DNA from: Nemertoderma westbladi
Lineage: Eukaryota; Animalia; Xenacoelomorpha
Length of the DNA: 64,000 nt
Assembly (NCBI GenBank): GCA_032718475.1
Contig: JAUCBJ010003020.1
Location: forward strand, 1 to 64,000
Reading direction: 5' to 3'
Numbering within the stretch: position 1 is the first letter of the stretch; every line of letters begins with the position of its first letter. Position numbers and translations under genes: made by a program. The notes below the pieces were generated by a model, which worked only from the letters and a program-made list of their open reading frames with translations, was not told where the DNA came from and searched no databases. This document shows, one piece after another, positions 23,362-36,476 of the stretch.

Positions 23362-25237
23362 TTTTAAATCTCTGTTTTGCCAACCAAGCCTCTAGCTATC
23401 ACAGTATTTGTAAACTAAACTAAAACACGGATTGTGCTTGCCACCATTATTTTCCAAACAAGTGACTTTACTCATGAATGTGATTTAATCAAATTAGCAG
23501 CTGTTTCCATCGAACCGTTTTGGAGACTGTAACTTTGTTGTGAGGTTTTCTGACAACTAAATCACAAGTCTTCCTTGCGGTATGTGGAGATTATTCAATA
23601 GTCGACGAATTATCTTACAACTTGAAGGTAGACAGTAACATTGCGGTGAATATGAATTACAACAAAATCACTTGTCTTCCAACTAGTAGCAAGTTTACCA
23701 ATAAGATCGTAAAATTTGGGGATGAGAAACGATAATTTTTGTTCGGGTGAATCAATGAGTGGCGTGAGTTTACGAGCCATAGCTTAAGTTAATGGATAGA
23801 GAGGGATGAGTTTGTGGGGGAACCATTGCTTACGGTCGCGGTTAAGATTCTGGGGCTACTAGTCATTGCATCGGCAAGGAATCTAGATATAAAAATAAGA
23901 TTTATATCCCGATTAAACTGTTTTTTAGTCAAAATGCATTGATTCAAGGAGCCCGGAGAGCAAGACACTCGTAATATATGAGTTTTGGCATGTAAAACCT
24001 TAGTTTTTTTTCACTCAGAGACCGCACGTTATAAATAGAATTAAATTCTGATAATTTTTGTTCTTACCAGGAAATGCGCAACGAAGTAGGATCCAACAAT
24101 GCCAAACCCAGGGGTGAAAGTAATTCTTTATGCAATATGGTATAGAAGTCTTACGTAATAAGTCAGTTTCTAACTAATTATGTAGTGAACCTTATCCATA
24201 AAGAATCGTTTCCTTTATGGTCCAGTAGATAGAGCCCCTTTCCTACATAGTCCTTAATAGCAATGTATACCAGAGGTTGATTTCTTTTACTTACTATGGC
24301 ACGGGTGACTGGATGCGTTCATTGCCACCCCGGACACCAACCGTCAACCGATGATGTAACTCTCATAAACGTGCCTACGCCCATTTACTATCGTCGTAAA
24401 TATGGAGAATGCTACTGTAAGCCCTCACTACCACAATCTAAAAACCCTTACGGAGCCATTACCGCTGATTTCGGACTATTGCTGTAAAGGAAACCCATTC
24501 GCGGAAAGAAACCTATTGTAGGGGTTATTATTTTCTGATTATATATTGATGATGTCAGTCAGCCTGTTTATTGTGTCACGCGTCTTAAGAGATAATTTTT
24601 CGGCTGCGAATGATTTATTGGTGTCGTTACACCGCCAGTGCGACAAGCTAACCGGGTTTGCACAACGTCCAGATCAATAAAACCGTACTCCTTCAAACGG
24701 CGAGGAAGATGACGGCTCTACCGGTAACTGGAAACTTCATTTGTCTTGCTACACTCCATCACTCAATGCCCCCTACCTGTCACTCACACACTCTACCTTC
24801 ATATTAACAATGGAATATTTATAAATATATTATTGCTTATGGCCTACGGCCTATGGCCTATGGCTTACGGCAATACTGTAATACTGATATTATGCAGTGT
24901 TCGTCGTTGTGATCCACTTCTTTCTTACAACTGTCGTTCAAGGAAGGATGCCTGAGCATTCCATGTTTCATGGTACTTATAGAAGTGGTTGTCCCAAGTA
25001 AAAGTTTATGGGACGAGTTATGTTTAAAAAAAACGAGCCGATTTCTGCAGTACTATGTAGGGTTAGGGTCCCAGTCATTGTGTCGTCCGTCTGTATGACA
25101 ATGACAATTATTGTAAAACCTATCTGTTTCCGACGGTTTATACCTTACGTGAGTCACGTGCATGGATTTTTAATACACTTGCTTGAATAGATTAGAAACG
25201 TTCCACGTAACGGCTAGAGACAGGGGGGGAAACTCGA

Positions 25238-25765
25238 CGCAAAACCCGCCTTGGCGAATTAATATCCCGCCTCAATGTTAAATTCTCAATTTAGGGAAAG
25301 GAGCAGGTTACAGTGGCACGTTATTTTAACCAAAACAATAAACTAAACACAATAGAACAGGTTACAGTTTTATTTTTGAGAGTAATCAGCTGTTATTTGT
25401 GTCCAATTTCCCCTGAAGAGGGATAATCCTATCTGAACGGGTAACACTGGTTTGTTCTTCACAATAATTCAAAAAAGGAAAATGTTTTACAATATTGACA
25501 ACTTTTACATCCCATTTTGTGTTGACCTCAGTTTGCAGATAGGGGAGGACTCTGGGTGCAATCAAAATTCATCCTACTCCAGGGGAAAATCGACGCAGAT
25601 TGCGACAGCTGATTACTCTAAAAAAAACTGTAACCTGTTCTTTTGATTGAGTTTATTGTTTTGGTTAGAATAATAACGTACCACTGTAACATGCTCCTTT
25701 CCTCCTTTAATTTATATTTTAACATTGAGATGTGATATTAATTCGCCGAGATGGGATTTGAGTGA
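25238..25765. mobile_element. Foldback/MITE with ~190-bp inverted arms; arm fragments dispersed through the window
   Basis: AAAGGAGCAGGTTACAGTGG...AACCAAAACAATAAAC...GTAATCAGCTG...TTTCCCCTG (25297-25416) is inverted at 25578-25700. Related pieces at ~6510-6700, 17815-18015, 29700-29865, 52330, 56460 and 56560. Confidence 0.75.
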
Positions 25766-26194
25766 AGCCCCACATATTAGTTCAACCATTTAATTATAAA
25801 TTACGCCAGTCGGTTTAGGCCCTGCTACCTGTATGTGAGCCTGACGGTATACCATTTGGCTCAGTGATTACTGTACTGCACTACAGTACCGTAATGATCT
25901 CCAGGCGTCAGCTGCTTACTGGTCTGTTGTTGTATTTACCTGCCTGCTTTGCGTTTGATATATATATTACGCTCTACAGTATAATATGTGGTTATTATAC
26001 TTGTCGCTCACTTACCCCACTTCATTCACTTCGCCCATTGCGTGGCTTCCTTACTTCTGGCTTTATATCATATAGTAAAGTAGGACTAATTAGCCTACTG
26101 TTTTAGGATTTTTGACAATATTGGATTAAAATATATTTATTAATCTGTTACCTTTTATATTATAATATAATTGACGAAACAAACTACCGGTACT

Positions 26195-26568
26195 TACTCC
26201 TGGAGTCCCGAATAGACGGGGCTATTAATTTTTGAAAAAAAATCCCACCCACAATTATCTAATTCCAGACACCCCGACTATTAATTGTTTCTAAAAATTT
26301 TGGTACATTTTTTTATTATGAGTAAATAAACGTTTGTTCTCATAATAATTATTGAGAGTTGAAAGTGAAAGAAAACAAAAATCGTGTACCGAGTATACCA
26401 CCGGTAGCCGTAGGTACTACTGTACCTGTACCCCTATACAGTACAGTATGTTAAGTAAATAGGCCTAAATTTTCAAAATGTTGCACCCACCACGTTTATT
26501 CCAGCCACCCCGACTATTAGCATAATGACATTTTTCCATCCACCCCGTCTATTCGGGACTCCAGAGTA
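26195..26568. mobile_element. Tc1/mariner/pogo-type MITE
   Basis: TA-CTC(C)TGGAGTCCCGAATAGACGGGG ... CCCCGTCTATTCGGGACTCCAGAG-TA, with an internal repeat CACCCCGACTATTA. Confidence 0.8.
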
Positions 26569-29500
26569 ATTCGTTTTAGTTTCCTTTTCTGTTCTCAACA
26601 TTATTGTGAACTTAAACGGTTATATATCAGATCTCGCATTATTGCCCTGCCGTTTCAATATAGAACGCTCCGTTTCCGTTAAACGTCTCCCTAAAACGAT
26701 TTTAACTCATTTCGCGCTTTTAATAATGCAAATCGAACGAAACTGAATGTGCCCTCGGCAGTTCCTTTTTATAAGGTACCGGTACCCGTATGTATAATGC
26801 AGATGCGCCCTTGGACAGGGAGGTCGGCTGGTTGTGGGGGCTTCAAATGACGGATTCCTTTAACGCAGGCCGCATAGCTCATGCGGTCGATTGCCTCTCG
26901 TTAATACGCCTTCCACATGTCATAGTCCTACGCAATTGCCCTTGAAATGATAAATTGCTGCCCATTTGTCTTTCCGTTTTTAATCGTCCTTCAATGATAT
27001 TGCAGCTCGTATTCTTTCCAAATTGGTACACAATGCAAAGAAAAGGTTACTAGCTAAAGGTTGCTAACAAAAGGTTGTTAGTTAATAGGCCATGGGTTGC
27101 AAAACGAAAGTTTCGTGTAAAAATTGCCTGCAAATTGTATCTAGCAAAAGGTTGCTAACACAAGGTTGCTACCAAAATTTTGGTTTCAAATGGTTGCTTG
27201 CAAAATTTTGTTTGATTTTTAAGTGGCAGTAAGAGCTACTCTACATTGCACAGTACTAATGTATCTCTGACTGCACATTATTCTACAGTAGCTACAACTG
27301 CTTATAATGAATGTGGTGACATTTACAAATCGTCTTAGATTTTGTTTCAGCTTCAAAAGGTCAAGTAACAACAACACGCTTGTTTCATCTACTGTACTAC
27401 TATGGTAGGATTCCAGATGGCATTCATAATAACCTTCAACACACATCCTCCCTATTCTGTACACTAATGCACCTCACTTCCACTTTTATAGTTCTATTGG
27501 TGCATCTGTTTCCGCCTTTTCACAAATCTATCTCCGAAACGGATTTCAGTTTCAAAATATAAATGTGAAGGTAGACTGAATCTAGGTTGTAGGTCAACAT
27601 GACATTTATAAAGCAGTGGAAGATATGGTGGTAAACTCACTCTGTAATGTTTGTATCCATCCATAGGCCTACAGTATATGCAGATGGCAATCTCAAGGCT
27701 ATTTTTGAATACGCCAATTTCAGTGTTTAGATCATGTACTACGTCTTTGTGGGGCGAGGCACTTAGGTAGCCAGTATAATTAGTGGACCGTCTGTTGTCG
27801 TCGTAATTGGAAATGTTTAACGCTAATAAGTCGTTAATCTTTGTTGAAATGGAACCAAACTTTGTAGGCCTACACATGTAGTCTATAAAAGATTTAGAAA
27901 TTATACACACATACTTCTATAGTTCCTCTCTCGGCCGCTAGGGGCGACTGACCAGATCCACTAATTGTACTACTACGCACTGGTTCGTAGCACTTCGTAC
28001 CACGCGAAGTCCCCATATAAGTGTAAATATGCGTATTCGTCTTCGCTTTTGAATAAAGATATATTTTATCTTGACAACAGGTTAAAAATAAACTCCAACC
28101 AAATGCTAAATAAAACTGCAATATCGGTCTGAATTATATAGAAGTTGTCATGAAAACGATGTGAATGGAGCATAAACAATGCCAATTATTTAGTTTTACT
28201 AAATCAGGGTTTCAGTATTGGGAGTGAATCCCTATCCAACAATGAACAATGACTCCAGATTTGAGGCAATTAATACTTTCTCTTCTTTATACGCGGGACT
28301 GTTGTAGCTTAGGTTTAACAAAGAATACAACTTTAAGCCAAACTCTCCCCCTTGATACAGTACAGTAGAAATGTATAAAAAATCAATGATATTCTCTCAG
28401 CCTTGGCATCTTCCATCGACTTTACCTGACAAACTCTTGCCATTTCCCCCGTATGTCAAACACGAAACAATTTCAGTTATCAATTAATTACATAAAAGTA
28501 AAAAGTTGCGCTGGCGAAAATAACTTGAAAATGCACTGCGAAAATATAATAAAGAACTGTGTTCAGCAATCATTAATTTGGTGACAATGGTGAGAGCCAT
28601 TAATTCTCAGAGGCTGCAGTGGAGAGTCCAAATGATAGCATAGTTGGGCGGGTAGTTGGGCTGAAGCCTAACAGCACGTTCGGTACACTAATGAAGTAAA
28701 ATAGCCGTATTGTGGCCAACATGAATCGATTACTATCTTTCCTCAATCGATTGATGACGAGGACATTTTCCAAGCAAATAAATTGACGGAATTCATCCGA
28801 ATATCGTACGTTTAGTTAATAAACTAACGTAGTGATCACTGCATAGAGTCAGGGGATTAAAAATGTGTGTAAGTAAAGAATAATAATTCACTTCTGTTAT
28901 ATATATCTGAACATAGTGTACATGTATATATTGAATAGAAAAATATATCTCACCGATTGCTATAGTTGTTCACCCGGAGTCTTGTTAAATTTAATAATTA
29001 ATTACTCCAAAATTACATTACAAATATTATTCGCCTAATTTCGATATACATCAAAAACGATTTCGTGTGTGGCATTTGGCATGGGAGTTGTTTTAAATTT
29101 ATGTCTGTCTGTGTCTGTCTGTATGTCAGTAAAGCCATTCTTAATGCACGCTGCATAGGACTTGCCATTTATGGATTGCATGGTGGTGACAAAATTATTT
29201 TGAAAGGCTGGCATAGCATTTCAATGTGTAGTTTCAATGCAGCAGGCCGATTAGTAGTAGTCAGTAAAGCAAATACGTTTCTACTCACAGTCACAAGCAC
29301 CAAAAGTAAAAGTAAAGTTTCCTGTTAGGCCGCGGAATAGGCCTACATGTACGCACAAAGTCTGTCGACTTATTTCCAGTGCGTCATACGAAATTTAGGC
29401 GATTTGGAAATACACCTTAGGGCCTACATCAATCAGGTTGACATCAATCAGGTTGACTTAAATTGCCAGTGCAAAAACAGTTCGTGGGGTTTAGTACCCG

Positions 29501-30785
29501 ATCAGAGTTAAATAAGATTATTTGACTTTTAAATTGATATAAAAGGTGTAAAAAGTGCCGGGGACATATGACATGGTGTCCTAACCAAACCAATAAGCGA
29601 GAGACAAGATTACATGTTCACGATTGTCGGCGTAGCGATTACACCCAGCAACTACGGTACATGTTTAGGAGGCCGCTCTGATAATTCTACAGTACAATCT
29701 GCAAATCGATCCAATTAACAGCTGATTACTAGCCAAAATTAAACTGTAGGCCTAACCTGTGCTATTGTTTTCATGTATTGTTTTGGTTTAAATAACTACC
29801 ACTGTAAAATGCCCCTTTCCCTTCAATTTATAAATAACTTTTTTTTTCGCCGAGATGGGATTTGCTTCAAGTACCCAGTCCCCCTACCCCTAAACACCCT
29901 GTCCCTAATGAGGAGCAAATTTTAAAAGGCTAAACGCATTTTAGGGATACAGGGAATTAATCAACATATTTGAATTTTTTAAGGACCTAAACAACCCCAA
30001 CTTAGTACATTACGTTCTGCACTGCAATAGAATGACGGCAACGCAACTAGGCAATGGAGTTAACACCCTAAACTAATTCGGGAGTCAGTCAGTCAGTACT
30101 ACTGTAGTTGAGTAATAATATACTGTAAATCATTGAGAACAATATTATTTTACTCGGCACAATGGGTGCCGCTGTCTTGTACACTAATTCAGTTTAATTT
30201 GATAGTCCATCATGCGAATAGGGGGATTCCACCTGCTTTACGTGAGCCTACTGATCAATATAATCATGATAAAAGGAGACGGACGGCAGTTCAACCAACC
30301 TACGGCATATTATAGGCCTGGCCTACCTTGTAAAAAACGTGCATGTAAAGAGTTTCTTTAACATTAATTGGCGAAGAGTAATGTTCTATGTAGAAGCCTT
30401 TCTGGTTACCCGTTTGTAGGACTGGGTCGGCCTTACTTACAGCGGGGCGGGGGTTCCAAGGCCTAACTAGGGCCGGCTAGATCTCAGCTTCCCACTCCAG
30501 TGCACCATGCACTACCAGAGCTCGCCCAGATCATATCCCGACCTACTGGAGTATATTGAGGAAAAGCAATGACTCTGGAACTGCTAAATAATTAAGAGCT
30601 CTCACTTCATTTCCAAACAACATGTTATTTTCATTTGGGAATGAAAATGTCATTAATTAGTAATGATCTGTCATCAATGTATTATATGGCATCTCATATT
30701 ATTTATTATATTGTTTCATTTGTGGGGTGGAACTTCATGGACCTAAATAGTTATTTAAAAAAAGAAGATACAAAGCTGCTAAAAA

Positions 30786-31090
30786 CTACAAGATAGCAGC
30801 ACCCTAAATATAGATAGATAATATTACTACAAGATAGCAGCACCCTAAATATAGATAGATAATATTACTACAAGATAGCAGCACCCTAAATATAGATAGA
30901 TAATATTACTACAAGATAGCAGCACCCTAAATATAGATAGATAATATTACTACAAGATAGCAGCACCCTAAATATAGATAGATAATATTACTACCAGATA
31001 GCAGCACCCTAAATATAGATAGATAATATTACTACAAGATAGCAGCACCCTAAATATAGATAGATAATATTACTACTACCAGATAGCAGC
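30786..31090. repeat. 41-bp minisatellite (~7 copies)
   Basis: Unit CTACAAGATAGCAGCACCCTAAATATAGATAGATAATATTA, nearly perfect. Confidence 0.95.
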
Positions 31091-34000
31091 TGCACGCTAC
31101 ATAGATAGTACTGTAGATAGCACAACTCTATTATTCGCAAACTTATTATATATACTGTAGGCCTATATACAAATATACAAGGCAGTGCACACAACAAGTG
31201 TTTACTGATGATTAAGCAAATATTAAGCAAATAATAATAATATTGTAAAAAAGTAAACAATTATTGACATTACCTAAAAATTAAACTGACCTCACTAATA
31301 ATATATACTGTACACAGTCTAACCAATCACGACCACAAATATTTATGGTGTTTAGTAAATATTCAGATGATTTGATTTAATGTTGCAAAAGAATTGAACC
31401 GGCATTATAAGAGGAAGACGGTTGTTAAAATGAAATTCACATAATAATTTCGTTGATTGTTTTTGTTTGAAAAGTATGACGAATTATACGCTGCTCTTTT
31501 CCATTAATTTCAGTAAATAAGGTTCATAATTTATTATTTATTTAGTTCTTCGATATTTTTCTTAGGCATCATGTCATCCTATTGCACGTTGAAACCAGTG
31601 AGTTATTACAATTTCATGGGTAGGGCTTCGCGCATCACGCTTAGGAAAAACAAGCATTAAAAACATAATGAATCCGGTTAGAAGAAACCGAACGCCTCTC
31701 AAACCTCGGCTTACCGCTGCAAATCAACTTCAATTATCTTGATCTCCATATATACACAGCCGGGGCTGTGTACTCGGGCTAGGCATATGGGGCAGTAACC
31801 TTGACTGTGTTATAATAATCAGGTCCGGTGGGACTTTGAACTAAGACGGCTAAGCTCTGGCTGTGAATCTTCTCCTACTTACTCACATTTTGCAGAGCTA
31901 AGATTAGTATGCTGATTGAACCGTGAGCAGAGGCAAGGGCGCGTTCCCTTTGAAAAACCTTCCAAAAACATATTTATATCACAGATGAGACAATAATAAA
32001 GCAGTTGATTACATTTGCATGTGGGATGGGAATGGGAAAGTGAGGGAGGGGTCCTTGTGATCTCGTACCCTAGGGTAATAATAATAATACACATCTCTTC
32101 CATCTTACGTTAGAAGTCAGGCTGAGTTTAATTATACGAGTAGTCATCATAGCTCGCGCTATAGGGAATTAATCATTAATCAAGCACAAAACAGGAATTA
32201 CGCGTTCTCTGCGGCTTATAATCAGTCAAATAATATTCTAGCTACAATATGCTAAGCCTTTAATTATGGATTTTTTAAACTTTCGCCTACCCGCCACATT
32301 ATATGTTATCATTCATATGCAATACATACAGGTTCGTGGGGCCTTCGCGCAGCAAGAGACTGTATACTGCAGTACCAAGTTTGGTTTAATTTCGGATTGC
32401 CGAATTATTTCGGTTTTTATCAAAGGAAACTACCGGTACCGACTGACATGCTGTCCGATCTTTGACCAAACTTCGGATTCTCTCTAAACCTTTGACAGAC
32501 TGCATAAGTACCAAGTTTGGTTTAATTTCAGGAATGATTAACCGACTTATTTCAGTTTTTATCAAAAGTCTGACACTGCTGGTACCGACGACAGACATAC
32601 TCTCTGATTTTTGACTTCAGAATCTTTCTAAACCTTTGATAGACCACATCTTTAACAAGTTTGGTTTAATTTCATCAATGATTGACCGACTTATTAGCGG
32701 TCAAAAATTTGGCGACGACCTCAGAAAACTCGTTAATGATACCAATATGCTAATGCTACGCTCACTTCGTAGGTAGGCCCTAATTACAAACTTAAACTTT
32801 TTAAAAATTGTTAATATAAGTGGCACAATACTCTCGATAAAATATCAGCTACATATAACTCGCACTAATATTCAACTATTCAAACAATTACATTAATAGT
32901 AGCTACAATTGATACATATAATTCTCAAATTAATATAGAGCATCTACACATAATAGGCCCTATTCACAATCATTATAGCAGCTATACATAATACTCACAA
33001 TAATGTATTGATTGAGGCTACACAAAATGAAGATACTCACACACTCACACTCCTTCTTTCAAATCTCTATTTATAGGGTTGAAGAATAATAACTACGGTT
33101 GAACTGGTGCAATATCGACTGAGACACATTATCTAAAGTTTTGTACAATGAAAGCAAAATTAAAAATTCTGGTGATTATTTCGGATATACAATAAATTAA
33201 ATAGCATCCGGAATATCTCCTATAACTATTTATTTTACGGTAAATTAAATATGCTTTATTTAAAGTTCGTCCCGAGATCTGTTATTTACCGACCGAGCGC
33301 AGCGAGGAAGATAATAAGTCGGGTCGAGGGGCGAAAAGGTAAATAACGTGTTTTATTTGTCGTACAATATGTAATTTATTGTTCAAATCATCCTTACTGT
33401 ATTATAATTATTAAAATATATTATTGTTTAATAAGTAATTATACATTGCACCAGTCGCAGCGCAATTATTATTTGTCCTTATTGTGATTTGTTGATTCCA
33501 ATGGAAAGGTGTCGTTGAAAGGATTCCAAATAGTAAATAACTATTAATGTCTTTGGTAAAAAGAATAGCTGAGATGAGGGCCTTCATAATTAATTACTTG
33601 ATGAGATTTTACTAGTCGTAGCAACTAATTAAATAAATAAAATGCCCAAGAATATTATTTATTACAGTACAAAGTTGACTGATTGAAGAGCAATAATCCT
33701 CTATTTGTAAATAATGCAAATCTTATTTACCGCTAGCCCATTGACAGAGTGGTAAATAATGTAAATTTTAACAATACAAATCGTGATTGCAAAAGATTCT
33801 TTACGGAAGGAAGTAAGTCATCTGATTATTACATATAGGCCTACGTATTTACAAACAAACACTAACATACAATGCCACTTTAGTACATGTCATATTACGC
33901 AGTGCACGTACAGGGCAATTTATAAAAATGTACCCACCTGATAATAATAATACATAAATAATAGCATGAATAATCCAAACACCGGTTACTTTAGAGTTGT

Positions 34001-35726
34001 ATATGAATGGCATATAAGATCAAAACGGCAAAATACTACATTACTGATTGGACCTAACGGGGGACTGTCCAGTCCAAACAACGTAGTGTGAAATTGGTGA
34101 GGGCATCTCTTCGTTTATAGAATCAATAGGGCACGCGAGCGAGCCAGATAGTACACAAACCGTAGCCCTCCAAATTAATCCCATGTTTAATGCGACACTG
34201 ATTAATTTGGGTGGATTTTATAGGGCGATCCGGGTACCCGGACCCTATGATCATTGGTAGGAGTTTGTTTACCTTGTCGGCTGGTTGCTAAGAGACACGC
34301 AATCCCACCGCCGGGATTCCAACCACTGGCCTCTAGCATTCTAATCATCCCCCGTCACTACAGCATTGGCTACTTGGCTATTTGGCCGTGTTTCAGTTAT
34401 TATTGTGGACTAGAGAAGCTAACCCTGGACGCAGCGATGAGGCTGGGCGATGAGGTTGGGCGGGATAGAGAGCGGGAAACCTACAGTATTTATTCTCTTA
34501 GGTTTCATTAGGTTGAACTCTCATCTATTCCTCATCTCATCATACAATGGTCGTTAGAAATATTACAGCTTCCCTTACTGTAGAACCAAGAACCTTCAAT
34601 TCATTGTATATAGATGTAGGTTGTAGGCCTACACGCTCCTCCCCCAAAAATCATTTCATGTTTATGCCGGTAATAGCTGGTCCTGAGGCTAAACGTATTG
34701 AAACTTGATACAACACACTTATGCCCCCCCCCCCCCCCCCCCCCCCACATCCATCCATGCTGCGCTCAGCTTCGGTAAGATTATCTTACTGTTATTGTTA
34801 TTCTCGTACAAACGATTAAATTACAATAAGTAACAATTTTCTGAAGGCTTGGTTGCGACTATCTCTGTACATACTGTACATACATCGCAGGTGTAGCTTG
34901 TAGGTGCGGCTACAAGTTGTGTCGTTGTTGGTAAATGTTCTCTTACTTGATATACAATTAATATGCCATTGAAAGAACGTGCTGCTCACTTCGAAACGGA
35001 ACTTCTTCACAGTGGGGCGAGCCACGAAGTCCCGTCAGCCTTAGCATGCAGATGCATTTATGTACGGAACAATTTCGCAGTGTCCGTCTGTCTCACTATA
35101 ACTATCGAAGGTAATTTCTGCTGAGAGGAGGCTCGCAACTTTCAGAGATTTCATACTGAACAACACATAACATACATAATTGTCAAGTTCAAGTTATATA
35201 TCACTTTACAATTATTGGATTAATATTTTACATTTACATGTCACGTAGTGTAGTTATCAGATCAAGTATTTTTTCTATTTTTTATTTTTTCTATTTATTT
35301 ATGAATACGTACTGGTATTCATTAAACTCACATATACCACAATTACGAAATCAGGTTCCAATCTGAGCGCGTATCGTATTTCATCTGCTATGTTTTGTGA
35401 ATATTATTGCCGATTGGTATAAATAATGTACAATACAGTTAGCAGTTAGTTGTCTGTTAAAAATAATAATTTCTACAATACTCTACAAAACAAAAATATA
35501 AAAAGTGTAAATCAGACGGAACCATCAGTTTAGTATAACATCGGTGTCTAATGCGATATGCGTGCTGGAACTTATGACTGGCTAGGACTGCACCCCCACC
35601 CCCCCCCCCCCCCCCCCCAACCTGTCCTAGGCCCTAGCCTAAATTCCTTGATTAGGACCGAACTAAGGACCGAACTTGGGACTTTCGCGAAAATTTGTTT
35701 AAAGTCATAAGTCGCTGTTGTTTGGA

Positions 35727-36476
35727 CTGTCCACCATGCTTATTCACTCCATGAGGCTGCCAAAGTACAAGATTATGCACTGGCTGGTCCTCACGGCGAA
35801 AGCAATGTCCTGCAAAGCGGAGGCGATTTTGTTCTAGTGTCAAGCTTGGGGGAACCAATGAGACACCTCCAATGTTATATAGTGTCTGGTTGGAGATGTG
35901 TGCATTGTACTTGACACAATGTACCCGGCGTAGCATTCTTGTGAATGTGCCATCCAGAGATTTGGTGTCCTCAGCAGTTAGAGCCCAGCATGTACTCCCG
36001 TAGAGGAGTACTGGAACTACTGCTGCTCTAAATAATCGGACCTTAAGTTTCCGATTAATTCTAGGTGACTTCCAAATCCTGGAAAGCCTATTCAAGGCTG
36101 CCCATGCCTTTCCCTTACGTATTCGAAGGTCCTCACCTGACTTCCGGATCCATGATCCCAGGTAACAGAAGTCGTCCACATGCTCAAGCATACCATCCTT
36201 TGAGCTTATGCTCATCCGATCAGAGACTTGCTGAGGACTTTCAAAGTTAACTGTCAGAATTTTGGTCTTTCTGGAGTTAATAAAAAGACCAACACTAGAA
36301 GCAGCATGTTCTAATGAGCTGAGGAGCCGCTGGGCTCCCTCTAATGATTCTGAGAGTACTCCTAAGTCATCAGCAAAGTCTAGATCAGTTAGGTACTTGG
36401 CAGGATTTCCTCGACTTCTGGAGCCAGTAGGTGGAGTTATCATCACCCCATCATCATTATGACGATCTAAGGACAT
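35727..36476 (-). mobile_element. Internal fragment of the same RTE LINE as 11225-11945 (RT with FADD motif)
   Basis: Open frame LTDLDFADDL...GLFINSRKTK...YLGSW...RLRFAGHC. Lacks the 3' UTR and tail present in the 11-kb copy. Confidence 0.9.

Noticed and set aside
35041-35155. Minus-strand terminal exon (MKSLKVASLL...SAC*)
   Set aside because: Phase is incompatible with the 41133-40999 candidate exon, and the sequence resembles the dispersed Helentron-like repeat end.
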